Below, one piece after another: positions 1-11,988 of a stretch of DNA of 64,000 bases. Made by a program: the position numbers and the translations under genes. Source of the DNA: Perkinsus chesapeaki ATCC PRA-425 (lineage: Eukaryota > Protista > Perkinsozoa); assembly GCA_013115145.1 (NCBI GenBank), contig JAAPAO010000055.1, positions 35,985 through 99,984 of the forward strand, read 5' to 3'. The stretch's first letter is position 1. Each line of letters opens with the position of its first letter. Under the pieces are notes generated by a model. The model did not search any database, was not told the DNA's origin, and saw nothing but the letters and a program-made list of their open reading frames with translations.

Positions 1-3000
1 TTTTTGACTTGCTATTATCAGGTTGCAAAATCACGGTTAATTTGCCGTACCAGGATGCTGGTAGTCAACCTTTACAGGGGGACGCACATTTCGTGTCGCG
101 GATACTTGAACCCATGGGCTGCAAGGTTGAAAAGAGCAAGGGTGGATGGACGACCGTCACTGGTGAGATCCTGTTCCAACTTTTGACGTGGACCGGACAA
201 TACTCATTTAGTGTAGTACTAATTAAATACTGTAGTTTTGTAATATTAGCAGCACTGGTATTTTTATTAATGATTTCTAGTGCAGCGGAATTACTTTGGA
301 AAAAGTGAATACTATTGAACATTTCAGGCCCCCCTGGTGGTGAGTTGAAGGCGATAGGATCGATTGATATGTCGGATATGACTGATGCATTCCTCACGGC
401 TGCTGTGCTGATGGCACTTGCTAAGGTCAGTGTCGAATGCAGCAGTTTACAGGACTACTTGACAAGTCGACAGCGCATCGTGTATTTCGCGAAAACTAAA
501 CCCTTCACGGTGCCATGACTCACGATACAATACAGGTGTCGCGAGTCAATTACCAGTCGTGATACAATTTGTATCGGTTGGATAACTTCTCGCTGGGGAC
601 TTGAAGTAGCCCCCTTTCTGACTGTGTAAAAAAGTCCCTTTATGGAACGTATATTGCTTCCAGATCACCAGTGCTTGCTGGTCGGGAGAGTTGCTTAGCT
701 TTCTCGGTTCAGGGTGAAAGTGCTATCACTAATGTGGCAAACCAGCGAGTGAAGGAATGCGACAGGATAGCCGCGATGGCCCAGAATATTAACTTGTACG
801 AATTGGGGATCGATTTAGCGGCGTCTCGAGATCCCTGACCTCAGATGTTTTTGTGCCAAAGTGGCCGAGGAGCGTCCTGATGGTTTGGTGATTCACGGTG
901 GCCCGCCGCCTACCACCGTCGAGCGTGTCACTACAGACAGCCATGATGACCATCGAGTGGCTATGTCGATTGCAGTTCTCGCGACGAGGTGGGTGCTCGT
1001 CATTCCGACCCAACGGAACTCACTTGTCAGATTCCCTGCTGGAGCTATTTGCATTGGCGAGCCAAGATGTGTTGAGAAGACCTTCTCGGACTTTTGGGAT
1101 GTAAGGGGGCGGCGGCGGTGCTCGCTCTATAGTTTTATGTGTGTGTTTTCCACGGACCAAGCCTTGCATGCCCAGCGAGTGTGTCTCCACTATAGAGTAT
1201 ATTAGTTCTTCCTGGCAACCCGGGGGGATTGTGCTCACTTTTTAGTAGCACAGACTAGAAGCTATCAAAAGAGAAAGCAAGGGCAGCAAAAGTAACGAAA
1301 TGCGTTCCACTGCCGCACGAGCCGTCCATGCTACACAACGCGTCGAAATCTCATCAGTGGTTATGCGGGGTTCAAGAGGATCTTTTCGAAAGTATTTTGA
1401 CATATACGTACAAAAACTCCTTACATTACGGAACGTTGTCCACCTAAGGTCCTCGAGCTGCAGCTAGGCATCCCTGTTTCGGCTGCTGCTGCTGCCGCTG
1501 AGTCCAGGCTGTCTGATGGATGCAACGGTGCTGATGTGGTCATGTCCAATGAGGAGATCAAGGAGAATAGTTTTGCACCAAGGAGAATATTTTTGATAGG
1601 CATGAGGAATTGCGGAAAGACTTCCATAGGTGAGCTTCTCCCGCTGTTGAAATGTTAGCAAAGTTTGATACCGTGGATTCGAAGCTTCGGTTTGTGAATT
1701 TCGAGGCGCGTGACGCTGGTCTCCTCAACTGTTCTAATCAGGTAAGAGTCTGGCGGCCGCCATCGGGTGGAAGTTCCTGGACATGGATGCCGAGCTAGAG
1801 CAGCAGCTCGGGGTCACCGTCACGGACTATGTTAAAAAAGAAGGCTGGAAGGAATTCCGCAGAGTCGAGCTCGAGCTGCTCCATTCCATTCTGGAAAGTA
1901 CGCCACCCTTCCGAGTTGGCTCCTTAGTGGCTTTGTTGTACAGATGAGTCTCCTGAGAGAACTATCGTGTCATGTGGTGGAGGTATAGTCGAAATCCCTC
2001 GAGCAGTTACCGTATTAGCCCAGCAACCGTATGTTGTGTGGTTGCGGATGGAGGAGAAGGATGTTGTGGTGAGCCACTTAGGGGCTTATATGCAATGAAG
2101 GAGTGCTCGGAATGCTTGAGTATCCGGGCTCTAAGCATGCATTATGCTCATCATGTTTGAACTTTTACTCTGCTCTCTGGGGCGCGTTCATTACCCCGTC
2201 GGCCTGTGGCATCAACTGTTTTCCTTCCATGTCGTCAGCACTCAACCTGAGGCATTTCGTGCCTTGAGTGCATTTGCCGGTTCAAGATGGATCGACTACA
2301 GTAGTCCTTTGTTTTGCATGTACTTCGACATATTGCAGTGTAATGAAGGCTTTGTTATTATACCGTCACACTGTGATGAACACAGTGAACTACCTGACCA
2401 TTCAGTGAACAGCGTTCACATCTCATCTGGTTGGAACTATCGCTTCTGGTTTCTTCAGGCGGCCAACACCGGTCCCGATGGTAAGCCGGCCTACGGTGAG
2501 CCTGTTGAAGTTGTGTACGGAAGGAGGAGAGACAAGTTCCTCGAAGCCAGCAAATTCGAGGTGAGCACTCGACCACGACTGCCGTGCAGCAAAAATCCTC
2601 AGTGCAAAATATCAGACGCAAATAGGATTATTAAGAAATAGTATTTTGGTAAGTATTTATGATACTACTATTGTGAGGCAAGACCGTTTGATTATACAAT
2701 AAAGCCACTGCAGGGTACGTATGATTGGTGCACTGGGAGACCACCCATCCTAGCTTTTCATAGCCATCGAGCTCCATATAGTACGCAATTGAAAACAGGA
2801 CAGCTAGTAGGAGTATCGACATTGGATGTATAATACCGTTTTGCTCTATTAAGTAGAGCAGGGAAAATTCTAAGTCAAGCTAAACCAGTCTTGTATGATT
2901 CACTGCACATCATGCGCAATGTGATCCACTATTGGTTTCAAGGTTGCCTTGCCTCCGCGGCCCGCGAATCCCCAGGCGGTCCCGGGTCACATCGCCTCCT

Positions 3001-6000
3001 GTCGGTCCATGGCAGTCCGAGTCCTTCAAGCCTGGATCAATCGTCTCGATTCACTGGACGCCAACGGCCGTCCGGCGCTTCCCGCGAAATATAGTGAGTA
3101 CCAAGCCCGGTGTATAGCTCATTGCATTTAAGGTACATTCACATGCCTCACTCTGGAAAGCTATGCACACGCCGATCCTAGCATCGGGGAGATGGCCGGG
3201 ACTTCTGCGGTGGAAGTACGAGTTGACCTCCTTAAGGAGCCGATGGAAGCTGTTAGACAACTACAGTAGGTTCCGCCAAATCTTATTTGCCTTCCCACTT
3301 TCTGGGATTCTTGCTGCACTGACAAGCTATAACGGAAGGGTGCTTTGCTATTGCATACTGTAGAATATCAGACTTTGCTTTTTTTGCTAAATTGTGCAAT
3401 CTACTCAACCATATGGTAGTTTTGTATCAAACCACAATGCCCGGTATCCTATTATCATTCGCAAGTATGTTGTACATAGCGGCGAAGTACCACGAACTCT
3501 ACGAGAGCCTATGTGGCACATAGGATATACAGCTCATGTCCCAATCAGATACGCATCCTCGTTCACTGGAGAGTTACCGATCATAGCAACTGTCCGCAGC
3601 GCCTCTGAAGGCGGCAAATTCAACGAGTCAGACACGCGCTATTGGGATCTCGTCGATCAGGTAGCCTCCAGCCACTGTGAGCACTTAGTGTCACCGATTG
3701 TTTGCAGATGAGCCGATCATGCTGCGTATCATATATTGATATTGAGATTTCTAGAACATCTGAGGCCCTCTTCCCGAAGCCCGTCACTGGCGTCGGCTAC
3801 ATTGCCAGCCAGCACTTCCTGAGACCTCCTACGGGCGGTCGACTAGAGGTCAATCGCGCCTTCGATGAGGTACATATTAATGCATGTACCTGCCCCTTGA
3901 AGGTTCACCTCTTCTTGTTTCAGGTCCTACAGCCATGGTGGTCAGCGGTGGGTAAGGTTGTTTACACTGCATCCTCGGAAGCCGATGCCAGCTTAGTCTT
4001 GGCTGCCCAAGTAAGACGTGTCTCGTGTGCTTCCTCTGAGACCTCTTTCCAGGCTGAAAAGCTGAGGGAGATATCGAAGCCTTCCATTGGCCTATGTATG
4101 GGACCCAGGGGCGCGATCTCTCGGGTAGGTCCTGCGACCGGGAGGCACCTAGTGCAACGATTACGACTCAGATCATGAACCCCTACTGGACGCCTGTTCG
4201 CCACCCTGCCATGGCTGCGGCGGCACCTGGGCAGCTCTCGTTGCAGGAGCTCTGCAATGTCCGACAGACACTTCACATCGGGACGGCCGGCCAGGCAAAG
4301 GCTGCTAAGAGGTACTTTCTCATGGTGGCTCTATCCGCGGTGATTGTCTTCAGATATTACGTTTTCGGCAGTCCAGTGACCAAGTCTCCATCACCTGCAT
4401 TGCATAACTACATCTTCAAAACCTTCGGACTGCCCCACGAGTAAGCAGGCTGCCTGTAGCTTACACCACGCTTTTCGTGCTCGAAAAGATACTCTCGTTA
4501 TGAAACGAAGAGCCTGGAGGATGTCCTCTCTGTGATGGCCCAGGATGACTTTGGCGGTGCAAGCATCACCATACCACTTAAGGAGAAGGTGAGGGTCTGT
4601 CACATCCTCGAGGTCATTGACGAGCATCCGATGTCCCCAGTGGGGATACATTGGATGTTTCCTTCGACTAGGAACATATCTCATATTATATCTTCACACT
4701 AGGAATGCTTTTGAACGTTCCAAGAGCACCTTCGATAAGGCTGGATGGTTCTTTGGTCATACCCTTATTGTTAGGTCTTTGCAGCTGTGTCTGGCGGCGC
4801 TCATGGCAAAATAACGGAGCTGGCCTTGTCGGCTCATGCTGTTAACACGATCGTTAAGCATGATGATGGATCCTTCTCGTTCCACAACACAGATACTCTG
4901 GCGCTAGCGGAATCTATGTAAGATATTTTATTGCGCACTATGTAGAGGGATGAGAGCTTCTGTTACACCAACTTATGAATCATAGACTATGATATAGCTC
5001 TAATAAAATGATCAAGCACGCAGTATTGAGAGAATAATCGGAAGAGTAGGGTATGTTGTATTATTTCGCAGGGAGGTTTAGAATATAATTCTTCAAAATC
5101 TAGATCTATATTTTGGAATAAAACCATCCTAGCAGTGCTAGAGTATTAGTACGTTGATTCTGTAGCGCGACTTGGTTGCCACCTAAGAGCGTTGTAGTCT
5201 ACAACTTGTAGAGATGCATTGGAATGCATACCAACCGTTTGCATACTCTCCGTATAGTGAACGTTCTGAAAGAGTTCCTTCTTAGTCGTAACAAGGCGGC
5301 TTTGGCTTCGACGTGTCTGGTGGTTGGTACTGGAGGGGCCGCTCGAGGCGCTTGTGCAGCCGCTGAATTGCTGGGAATGGATAAGATATATGTCTGGGGA
5401 AGAGATGAGAAGAAGGCAGCTAGTCTCGCCAAGGACTTTGAAAACGGTCAGGTGAGAGTCAAGTTGCCTTTGCCCGCTTTTATGAAATATTTATGCCACC
5501 TCCTAATTGCATTTATATATTAATGTCTCAATTAGGTATGCCCCTCCAAGCCCACTTCAGTAGGGTTTGATGTTATCATTGGTTGTGTACCAGCTAATGA
5601 TTCCCAATCGTGGCCGAAGTGGTGGTTCGCTAGGGATACGTTGATACTGGAAATGGCGTAAGCTCCGAGAACCTCTGATGCGGAGCACTGAGGAGTCCGT
5701 TGGGTCCTCGTGGCTGTTTGACACCGCACCTCTTACATTCACATTGTTAAATAGGGAGGTGTATATATAGGATCCCGTTTATACTTATTGATATACGTAG
5801 TATCTTGTATCTAGGCTCATGCTTCGTCGAAGAATCTTCGATAGCTTCACATCGGTTTCTTTGCCGGAAAACCTTTTTTGCGTCGGACTATCAGAACCGG
5901 AGACACTGTAGTGTCTCCGGTGCGCGCAATGCACGAAGATTTTTAAATTTTCATTTTTTTAAATTTTCTAACTCAAAAAACTGAAATTTAGGTAGATTCT

Positions 6001-6571
6001 GAATCTCCGTGGAATTCTCTATCGAATAGGGCCGATAGTTCACTCTGTCCTTTTTGGACACTTAATCTCGAAAATTTGGCACCCGTGTGTAGTTCTCTCG
6101 AGCGCATACTCGATCTAACTTTTTCATTAACCTTCTTCGTTTCGGTCTACCAAGCCCAAACACACTGTACGGCACAGTCTATATCTCTCTCTCTCAGAGA
6201 AATGGATTTATATACTTAATACGAGCATATCGATATTCTTCGTTGTTATTTCATTCACTAGTAGTACCAATCTAAATTGCAGTTACATCCCACAGAGGAC
6301 GCCTTTGACGATGGCAGGTGAAGAACTGGGATGTCATAACATAGTTTACGGACTAGAGATCCTGGTAAGGGACCCTCTCCTTCTGCTTTTAGCATCATGT
6401 CATACTCAGGTCCTCCAAGGTATAGAACAGAGCATGTTGTGGACAGGTATGCCAAGGGAGTCCTTTGGCGATGACGTGTAAGCTCTGCTACTGCCGCCTA
6501 ATGCTTGGCATGGTTCTTCTCGCAGGTACGGACCAGTCGTTCAGTTTTACACTCAGACCAACAGTAGTTGA
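1..6571 (+). CDS. ARO1: Pentafunctional AROM polypeptide, 3' part (EPSP synthase C-half, shikimate kinase, type I DHQ dehydratase, shikimate dehydrogenase); multi-exon, starts upstream of the window
   Basis: Exons carry motifs in AROM order. EPSPS: [28 protein letters not shown] (~730-780), [18 protein letters not shown]. Shikimate kinase: P-loop [13 protein letters not shown] (~1590-1630), FLDMDAELE. DHQase: [18 protein letters not shown]: [41 protein letters not shown]. After a 625-nt intron (5658-6282) come [28 protein letters not shown] and [13 protein letters not shown], with stop TGA at 6569-6571. Confidence 0.93.
5896..5921. repeat. Perfect 12-bp inverted repeat with 2-nt spacer inside the long AROM intron
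   Basis: accggagacact-gt-agtgtctccggt. Confidence 0.9.
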
Positions 6572-6678
6572 TTTTATTGACTTTTATTCGCCGAATGATG
6601 TTTACTCTCTCTCTTTAGCCTTTCATCGGCTCCCATTGTATCATCGGAGTTGTGTAGTTAATTATTACCAGAATAGTT

Positions 6679-6725
6679 GTCCTCGCCGGGGATCGAACCT
6701 GCGCGATGTAAAAAGCGCGCGCCCT
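6679..6725 (-). pseudogene. tRNA-like 3' half / B-box remnant (possibly decayed tRNA-Val)
   Basis: The minus strand reads gcgcgctttttacatcgcgcaGGTTCGATCCccggcgaggac. The B-box/T-loop is intact, the T-stem is mismatched, and no matching 5' acceptor strand was found. Confidence 0.3.
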
Positions 6726-6774
6726 GCTGATTTTTCCATTTCCTCTTGTCACCAACCGTGCTTTCGATGGCGCG

Positions 6775-9579
6775 ATGTTACTATGCCCTTTCAGTCTTAG
6801 TATGTTGCCATTAAGTGTCGAGGCCGGACACGAGGATGGCATTGTTTTACCGAACTTCTCATATGGAGATGACTACCGGCCCCCTCAGCCTTCCACCCAG
6901 CAACACAGAAGAAGGCTTGGACTTGGTCGCCCGACACTGGAACGCTACACCACACTAGCCTCTAAAATTGTACTATTTCTCGGGTGCATAGTGGCGGCCC
7001 TGTCCGTTTTAATGGTCGTGGTATCACCTATAGGGCTGGGTAAGGAGGTCAATTGCACCAGGTCACATGAGATGCGGGGCGATAGATATGCGTGGACTGG
7101 GTTGACTAGTAGTGACGAGGATTTTGTAAGCCGTTATTCTGGCAGTGAATTCAAGTATGGTATTAAGCAGTTCGGTAGAGTAGATCCCGTGACGGGTAGT
7201 ATAGAGTATAGAAATGTGACCGGTATATTATCAGAAATTGAAGCTACAAATGAGAGCACACAAGTGTTGTTATTATTGCATGGTAACAGGGGCACTTACG
7301 GCAACTTTGATGAGCTGGCAGCTACACTTTATCGGGATTGGTCCGCGGAAGACGGTCTCCAGCGGACTATGGTATTGGCTCTCGATTTTTACGAGGAGCC
7401 CAATGCCTTCCATCCGTCGGTCGTCGAGGCTCAGGCGGACTTTGCTCGTGGTGTAATGGCCGGCGTTTGCACTAGGGGTATCTCCTGTGCCATTGTGGGT
7501 CATAGTATGGGCGGAGTTGTGGCCTCTATAGCGATCTCTAAGTCCAGTAAGGATATTGTGGCCAACGTGGTAGCGTTGGTGACGGTGTCGGCACCATTGA
7601 AAACCCATCCGGCTATGTTGGACTTTGGTTGGCAGCGAGTTTATGACGAAGTTCGAAGAGGGCTTGAGATGGTCCCCGTAGTGAGCATGACTGGTGGGGC
7701 AGCAGACTGGCAAGTTCCTATGGAGGACACTAAAGTTGATGGCCTTCCTCGGTTCCGATGGGCCCTGATGCCAGCGAGTGAGGGGGTGTATTCCCAAGGA
7801 GACCACATTGCAGTTATGTATTCTTATGAAGTACTCACCTATCAAGTAGTCCCAGCGATCGCTCGAGCGTTTAAATGGGACAAGGAGGAGGCCGTGATCG
7901 GTAGTAATGAGGATTTGGCCCAGTGGGTGACCAGTGTGGATCGGCCAGCACGGCGGATGGCCTTCGATGAGAAGTTGGATATGCCCGGAGACATGGTAGT
8001 ACAGGTGAAGCCAGTGGGAATGGGTAGCATCAGACAGATGTGGAATAGATATTTGGTGATAAATGCAGCTGAGAAAGGCGGAGCGGTGTTGGCGCTTCGC
8101 CGGGAAGCTCGCCACGGTAACTGTCCGGAAGTTAAATCCCTCGATTTCGACACCCGGGAGTTTCCTATGGTCCCAGCTCCCGAGCTATGCGAACATTGCT
8201 TCAAGCCGGCGAACCAGTCTGCTGTGATTTCGCTGTCGGGTCGGATTCTGCGCCTTACGAAGGTGCGAATTCGCGGTGCTATGTGGTGCATGTCGCCGCC
8301 TCTGGGGCCCGAGGTTGGGGCTGTGTTGGTTCCGCCGGGCCCCGGCTTCCAAGTAGGTCTAGCTCACCCCGGTGTAATGAAGTTGAAAGCAAGTAGTCCT
8401 TATAAGCAGTACGAGATGAAGGTTAGAACGCAGAATGGCGGCATGCACTTTGCTTGTTTATCGAGCGATCTGAGCATCAGTGGTGACGAGAATGCCATCC
8501 TGTCCGCTGCGGAGTCGTCGATTACCTCCGGTTACTCTTTGGTGATGGCTCCCTCAGTCTTGAAGGGAGACGGTCAAAGACGACGAGGGTCGACTGGTTA
8601 TGACACACTAGTGGTCATATCGGCTTCTAATAGAGTAGGCAACATTACTGTTGATTATAGTAAAGCCCGCGTGCCCACACTTATGCGGATGTTACTTACT
8701 AGCTGGCCCTATCTATTGGGGTCATTGCAGGTCCTGCTGGCCCTGCAGGTCCTGTTTTCCGCCACTGCTACCCCTTCCAGAGCTACTTCAACTATTTCCC
8801 CAGTCGCAGTGGTATCATATTTCCTTTTATCTACACTATTTATACCATTATTATTATCTACAAGTACTTTATCTCTGGTACTTATGTCATTATATGCATT
8901 AGTTCTCCATGCAGGAGCATACGGGTGCCTAGGCCTAATCAGCAGCCGGGGGCCCAACCAGAGGAAGAGCCGTTACTCTGTGGAGGATGGCGACATCCCT
9001 CTGGAGCAGTTCTCGTATTCACCAGCTCCTTCTAAGCGTTCGTTCGTACATTACCTTGCATTGTCATCTTCTTTCGTCCTCTATCTCGTGCTGTTTCTAC
9101 TATGTCCGGGCATATTCGGTCACCTGGCTGCATTGGTCATAGGCTTCTGGTCTATGAGGCATAGCCCTTGTGAAGGAGCTCGACTAGCGGTGCTTGTATT
9201 GCTGCAGTCGTTTGCCATCAACTCCCTTCAATTCCTTTATACTGTCACTGCATTCCTGTCTAAGTTCCTGGCTGACAGGCCACACTCCATGGTAGGAGTC
9301 AGCCCTCTTGCCCCGGGGATTCCAGACGGCTGGGCTCTACTGGACGGGGCCGCTACAGCGGTGATGCCTATGGCTCTCGCTCTATGCCTTCTTGGTATTA
9401 GTAGCAGTAAAAGTGCCATGGGCAGTGTTGTCACTAGAGCGTCTATGATAATGGCTAGGGGCTGCCCGAGTCGGCTACCTATGGTTCTCATCATCACGGC
9501 GATAGCAGTGTCTTCAGCTGTCGGCTCTGGCTACTGGGATCTTCCTCTCTATTTCATGACAATAGCGTCTCAGTGGTAA
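6775..9579 (+). CDS. PGAP1: GPI inositol-deacylase (PGAP1/Bst1 family), intronless
   Basis: The 934-aa ORF has an N-terminal TM, LLLHGNRG, lipase nucleophile elbow IVGHSMGG, SMTGGAADWQV, GDHIAV and multiple C-terminal TM helices. This is the PGAP1 architecture. The real start may be the ATG at 6799. Confidence 0.85.
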   Translation: MLLCPFSLSMLPLSVEAGHEDGIVLPNFSYGDDYRPPQPSTQQHRRRLGLGRPTLERYTTLASKIVLFLGCIVAALSVLMVVVSPIGLGKEVNCTRSHEMRGDRYAWTGLTSSDEDFVSRYSGSEFKYGIKQFGRVDPVTGSIEYRNVTGILSEIEATNESTQVLLLLHGNRGTYGNFDELAATLYRDWSAEDGLQRTMVLALDFYEEPNAFHPSVVEAQADFARGVMAGVCTRGISCAIVGHSMGGVVASIAISKSSKDIVANVVALVTVSAPLKTHPAMLDFGWQRVYDEVRRGLEMVPVVSMTGGAADWQVPMEDTKVDGLPRFRWALMPASEGVYSQGDHIAVMYSYEVLTYQVVPAIARAFKWDKEEAVIGSNEDLAQWVTSVDRPARRMAFDEKLDMPGDMVVQVKPVGMGSIRQMWNRYLVINAAEKGGAVLALRREARHGNCPEVKSLDFDTREFPMVPAPELCEHCFKPANQSAVISLSGRILRLTKVRIRGAMWCMSPPLGPEVGAVLVPPGPGFQVGLAHPGVMKLKASSPYKQYEMKVRTQNGGMHFACLSSDLSISGDENAILSAAESSITSGYSLVMAPSVLKGDGQRRRGSTGYDTLVVISASNRVGNITVDYSKARVPTLMRMLLTSWPYLLGSLQVLLALQVLFSATATPSRATSTISPVAVVSYFLLSTLFIPLLLSTSTLSLVLMSLYALVLHAGAYGCLGLISSRGPNQRKSRYSVEDGDIPLEQFSYSPAPSKRSFVHYLALSSSFVLYLVLFLLCPGIFGHLAALVIGFWSMRHSPCEGARLAVLVLLQSFAINSLQFLYTVTAFLSKFLADRPHSMVGVSPLAPGIPDGWALLDGAATAVMPMALALCLLGISSSKSAMGSVVTRASMIMARGCPSRLPMVLIITAIAVSSAVGSGYWDLPLYFMTIASQW

Positions 9580-9629
9580 TAACGCTATAGCGCTTTCAGT
9601 GATGCTTATTTTTCCCTTTTAGTCTGGTA

Positions 9630-10240
9630 ATGGCGTACCTTTTGCTTCTGCTGGTCGGGGCGGCCAGGCCTCATAGTCAGGAGCTGTTCGAGGCCGTCCC
9701 TGCGATGTCGAGTAATGTGGCTTATGATGTTGGCCAAGAACAGCAGCAGTCATGGAGGCGGCGAGTGTTGCCTTATCCAGAGGGCAATGATAGAGAAGGA
9801 GGAGGGGATGGCTGGTGTGAACAAGGAGGCGGCAGTGCTCGCGATGAGTATGACGATTGGCCGCCCTATATGAGGTACTAATGGGAAGCCCTGGGCAGTA
9901 GTCTCTTTCAAGTGCCCTCTAAGAAAAATTTCATAAGTGTAGGGTTATAAGCTATCATTCGTACGACTACCTTTCACTTATCACCCTTCGCTTCACACTC
10001 ATGTTACACGCGCCATCGGCGCTATTACAATTCGGCTACTTTGGGATTCTTCTTTCGTCTTTGGTCTCACACACTGGCATCTCTTATCCCTCAGAGTTAG
10101 CGTCAGTCCTCGGTCATCGGCCTCAACAGCGAGCTCTACCGCCGAGTCCGATATGAGCAGCGTTGGTAGCAGCGGTAGCGGTGAAGATGAGGAGGCAACA
10201 GTCAAGACTAGACGGCGGCCCCCACGGCAACAACACCTGA
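9630..10240 (+). CDS. Hypothetical protein (probably 2 or more exons)
   Basis: ORF 9630-9881 has a hydrophobic N-terminus and ends at a GT donor. A downstream Ser-rich frame ends ...VKTRRRPHGNNT*. No recognised domain. Confidence 0.3.
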
Positions 10241-11019
10241 GCGCTGGAAGATCTCCGGCGACGATCGTCTCTATGAGGGGGCGACGGCGGGGACGAAATA
10301 GTCTGCCGAGAGGGAAAGTCTAGCAATGGTACAACATTTATTTGAAACTGTAAATTATATGCATCACCAATGACAGAGGACGATAACGAGGGATGTTCCT
10401 GTCAACAACAACAACATCATCATCTTCCTCCTCCTCGTCTAGGATAATTGCAGCAGTAGTACCAGCAGCTGTTATCCTTGTATAAAGTACCAATCTTAAG
10501 TACTATTCCACCCACTTGCACCCACTGTATATAGTAGTGTTAGAGTTCAGTTGTTCTCAATGGTGAAGTCCCCAAGTATCTATTATAAAAACTTTTTGCT
10601 TGCTCTAAAGTCTCATCATGTTTTAGGACAGTCCGCTTCTGCCAGAAGCCTTCTGGTGCATATCTTTTATTAAGAGGGGCTGTCCGATACAGAGTTCTTC
10701 CACCATTTGCAGTGCATGTAGCTGCTGTATCAATGGCTATAATGTCTTTCATTTTCATTCAGCTTGTCGCACAGGGATATTAAGTATTAAAAGAAGGCAC
10801 GCGTTTGAGGTTTCGTCTCTGACCATGCTTTCTGTCGAGCTTCCGATTGTTATAGCCTTAAACTTGGATTCCAAAGTCGAGGCTATAACACTAACTCCAA
10901 ATTTCGGAAAACTTTCGCTTCCATCCGAAGCTGTATGAATGGGTAGCCTTCTGGATGACGAATGTCACCCTTCGATTTATTTTGCAGTATTCTTACATGT
11001 TTGTTTATTATTGTTTATC

Positions 11020-11287
11020 CCTAGTAACGCCCGAGCCATCAGCGACTCAGCCAACTGTGATTGTCAAGCCCACCACCGGGCATGAGATAAAGATGTTGAG
11101 CTTGGCTATTATGAGCGCTATGATGCTCAGTGGTGCGTACTGCATGATCCATATGCTTAAGATGGGCCAGCATCACCAGCAACAACACCACCAGCAGCAA
11201 CAGCAGCAGGCTCGAGATCATGTCCCCAGCACAGCAGTAGTAGTGACAAGAGGTGGGCCGGTGCAGTGCGATGGTCGAGGTCTTTAG
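11020..11287 (+). CDS. Hypothetical small membrane protein exon with poly-Q/H tract
   Basis: A hydrophobic segment (MLSLAIMSAMMLSGAYCMIHML) is followed by QHHQQQHHQQQQQQ encoded by CAG/CAC repeats. Confidence 0.3.
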
Positions 11288-11311
11288 GTACTCGGTCAGA
11301 ACCTTGACGCA

Positions 11312-11988
11312 ATGGCGTTAGCTGTGTGTTTCTTGTGTGGATGTCGACAACGGGTCCCTCGAGAGGAGTCAGCACTTGTTTATATCTGCTGCAGTTGCAG
11401 GACGCCCAACCCGGTGCCGTGGAGGAGCCCACCGGAGCGGGTTGTGTCAGAGATAAATAATAATCCAGGTGTAATGTTAACAGAAACGATTTGCCAGAGA
11501 GGGTCATTCAAGTTGAAGGACACTCTTTAGTACTCTCTAGTGTAGGCCGCAACCTCGGCCGCGATTCTGCTCTAACAGGATTAATTGTTAGCTTCGCGGC
11601 AGACTACGAAATTTGGAGTTTTTTTGAACGCGACGCTAGAGAGGAGACTTTGGTGTTTTCTCGAGGAATATTAATTGAAAAATTGTGTACAAGATAGTCT
11701 GCTACTGTGTCGGTCTGACGTAGGTGACTGTCCTTTCAACTCTACCAGGTACCATTCTCTCTCGTGGAGCAGACAGGTCCTCTCATGGAGTACGAGTTCA
11801 CTCGTGCTAACAACACATTTTTCCGAGTCAGCGGTGAGAGGGAACACCGTGACGATGAGAAGAGCTCCTCCGAAGTACAGCCGCCTTCCTCTTTGTTGTC
11901 ACTGACAGAATGCCTCAGGGCACCTGCTCCATGGACCCCATACTTATTGGACGGTCATCGTCTTCAAGCCCGAGACGACTCTCTCTGA
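11312..11988 (+). CDS. LSD1-type zinc-finger-like protein
   Basis: MALAVCFLCGCRQRVPREESALVYICCSCRTPN resembles the CxxC-x(n)-CxxCxTxN LSD1 zinc ribbon. Plausible downstream exons follow. Confidence 0.4.

Noticed and set aside
5532-5990. Apparent truncation of the AROM shikimate dehydrogenase after LILEMA
   Set aside because: The missing C-terminal motifs are found in exons after a 625-nt intron (from 6283), so the gene is complete.
7273-8115. 280-aa minus-strand ORF
   Set aside because: Antisense shadow of PGAP1 with no domain features.
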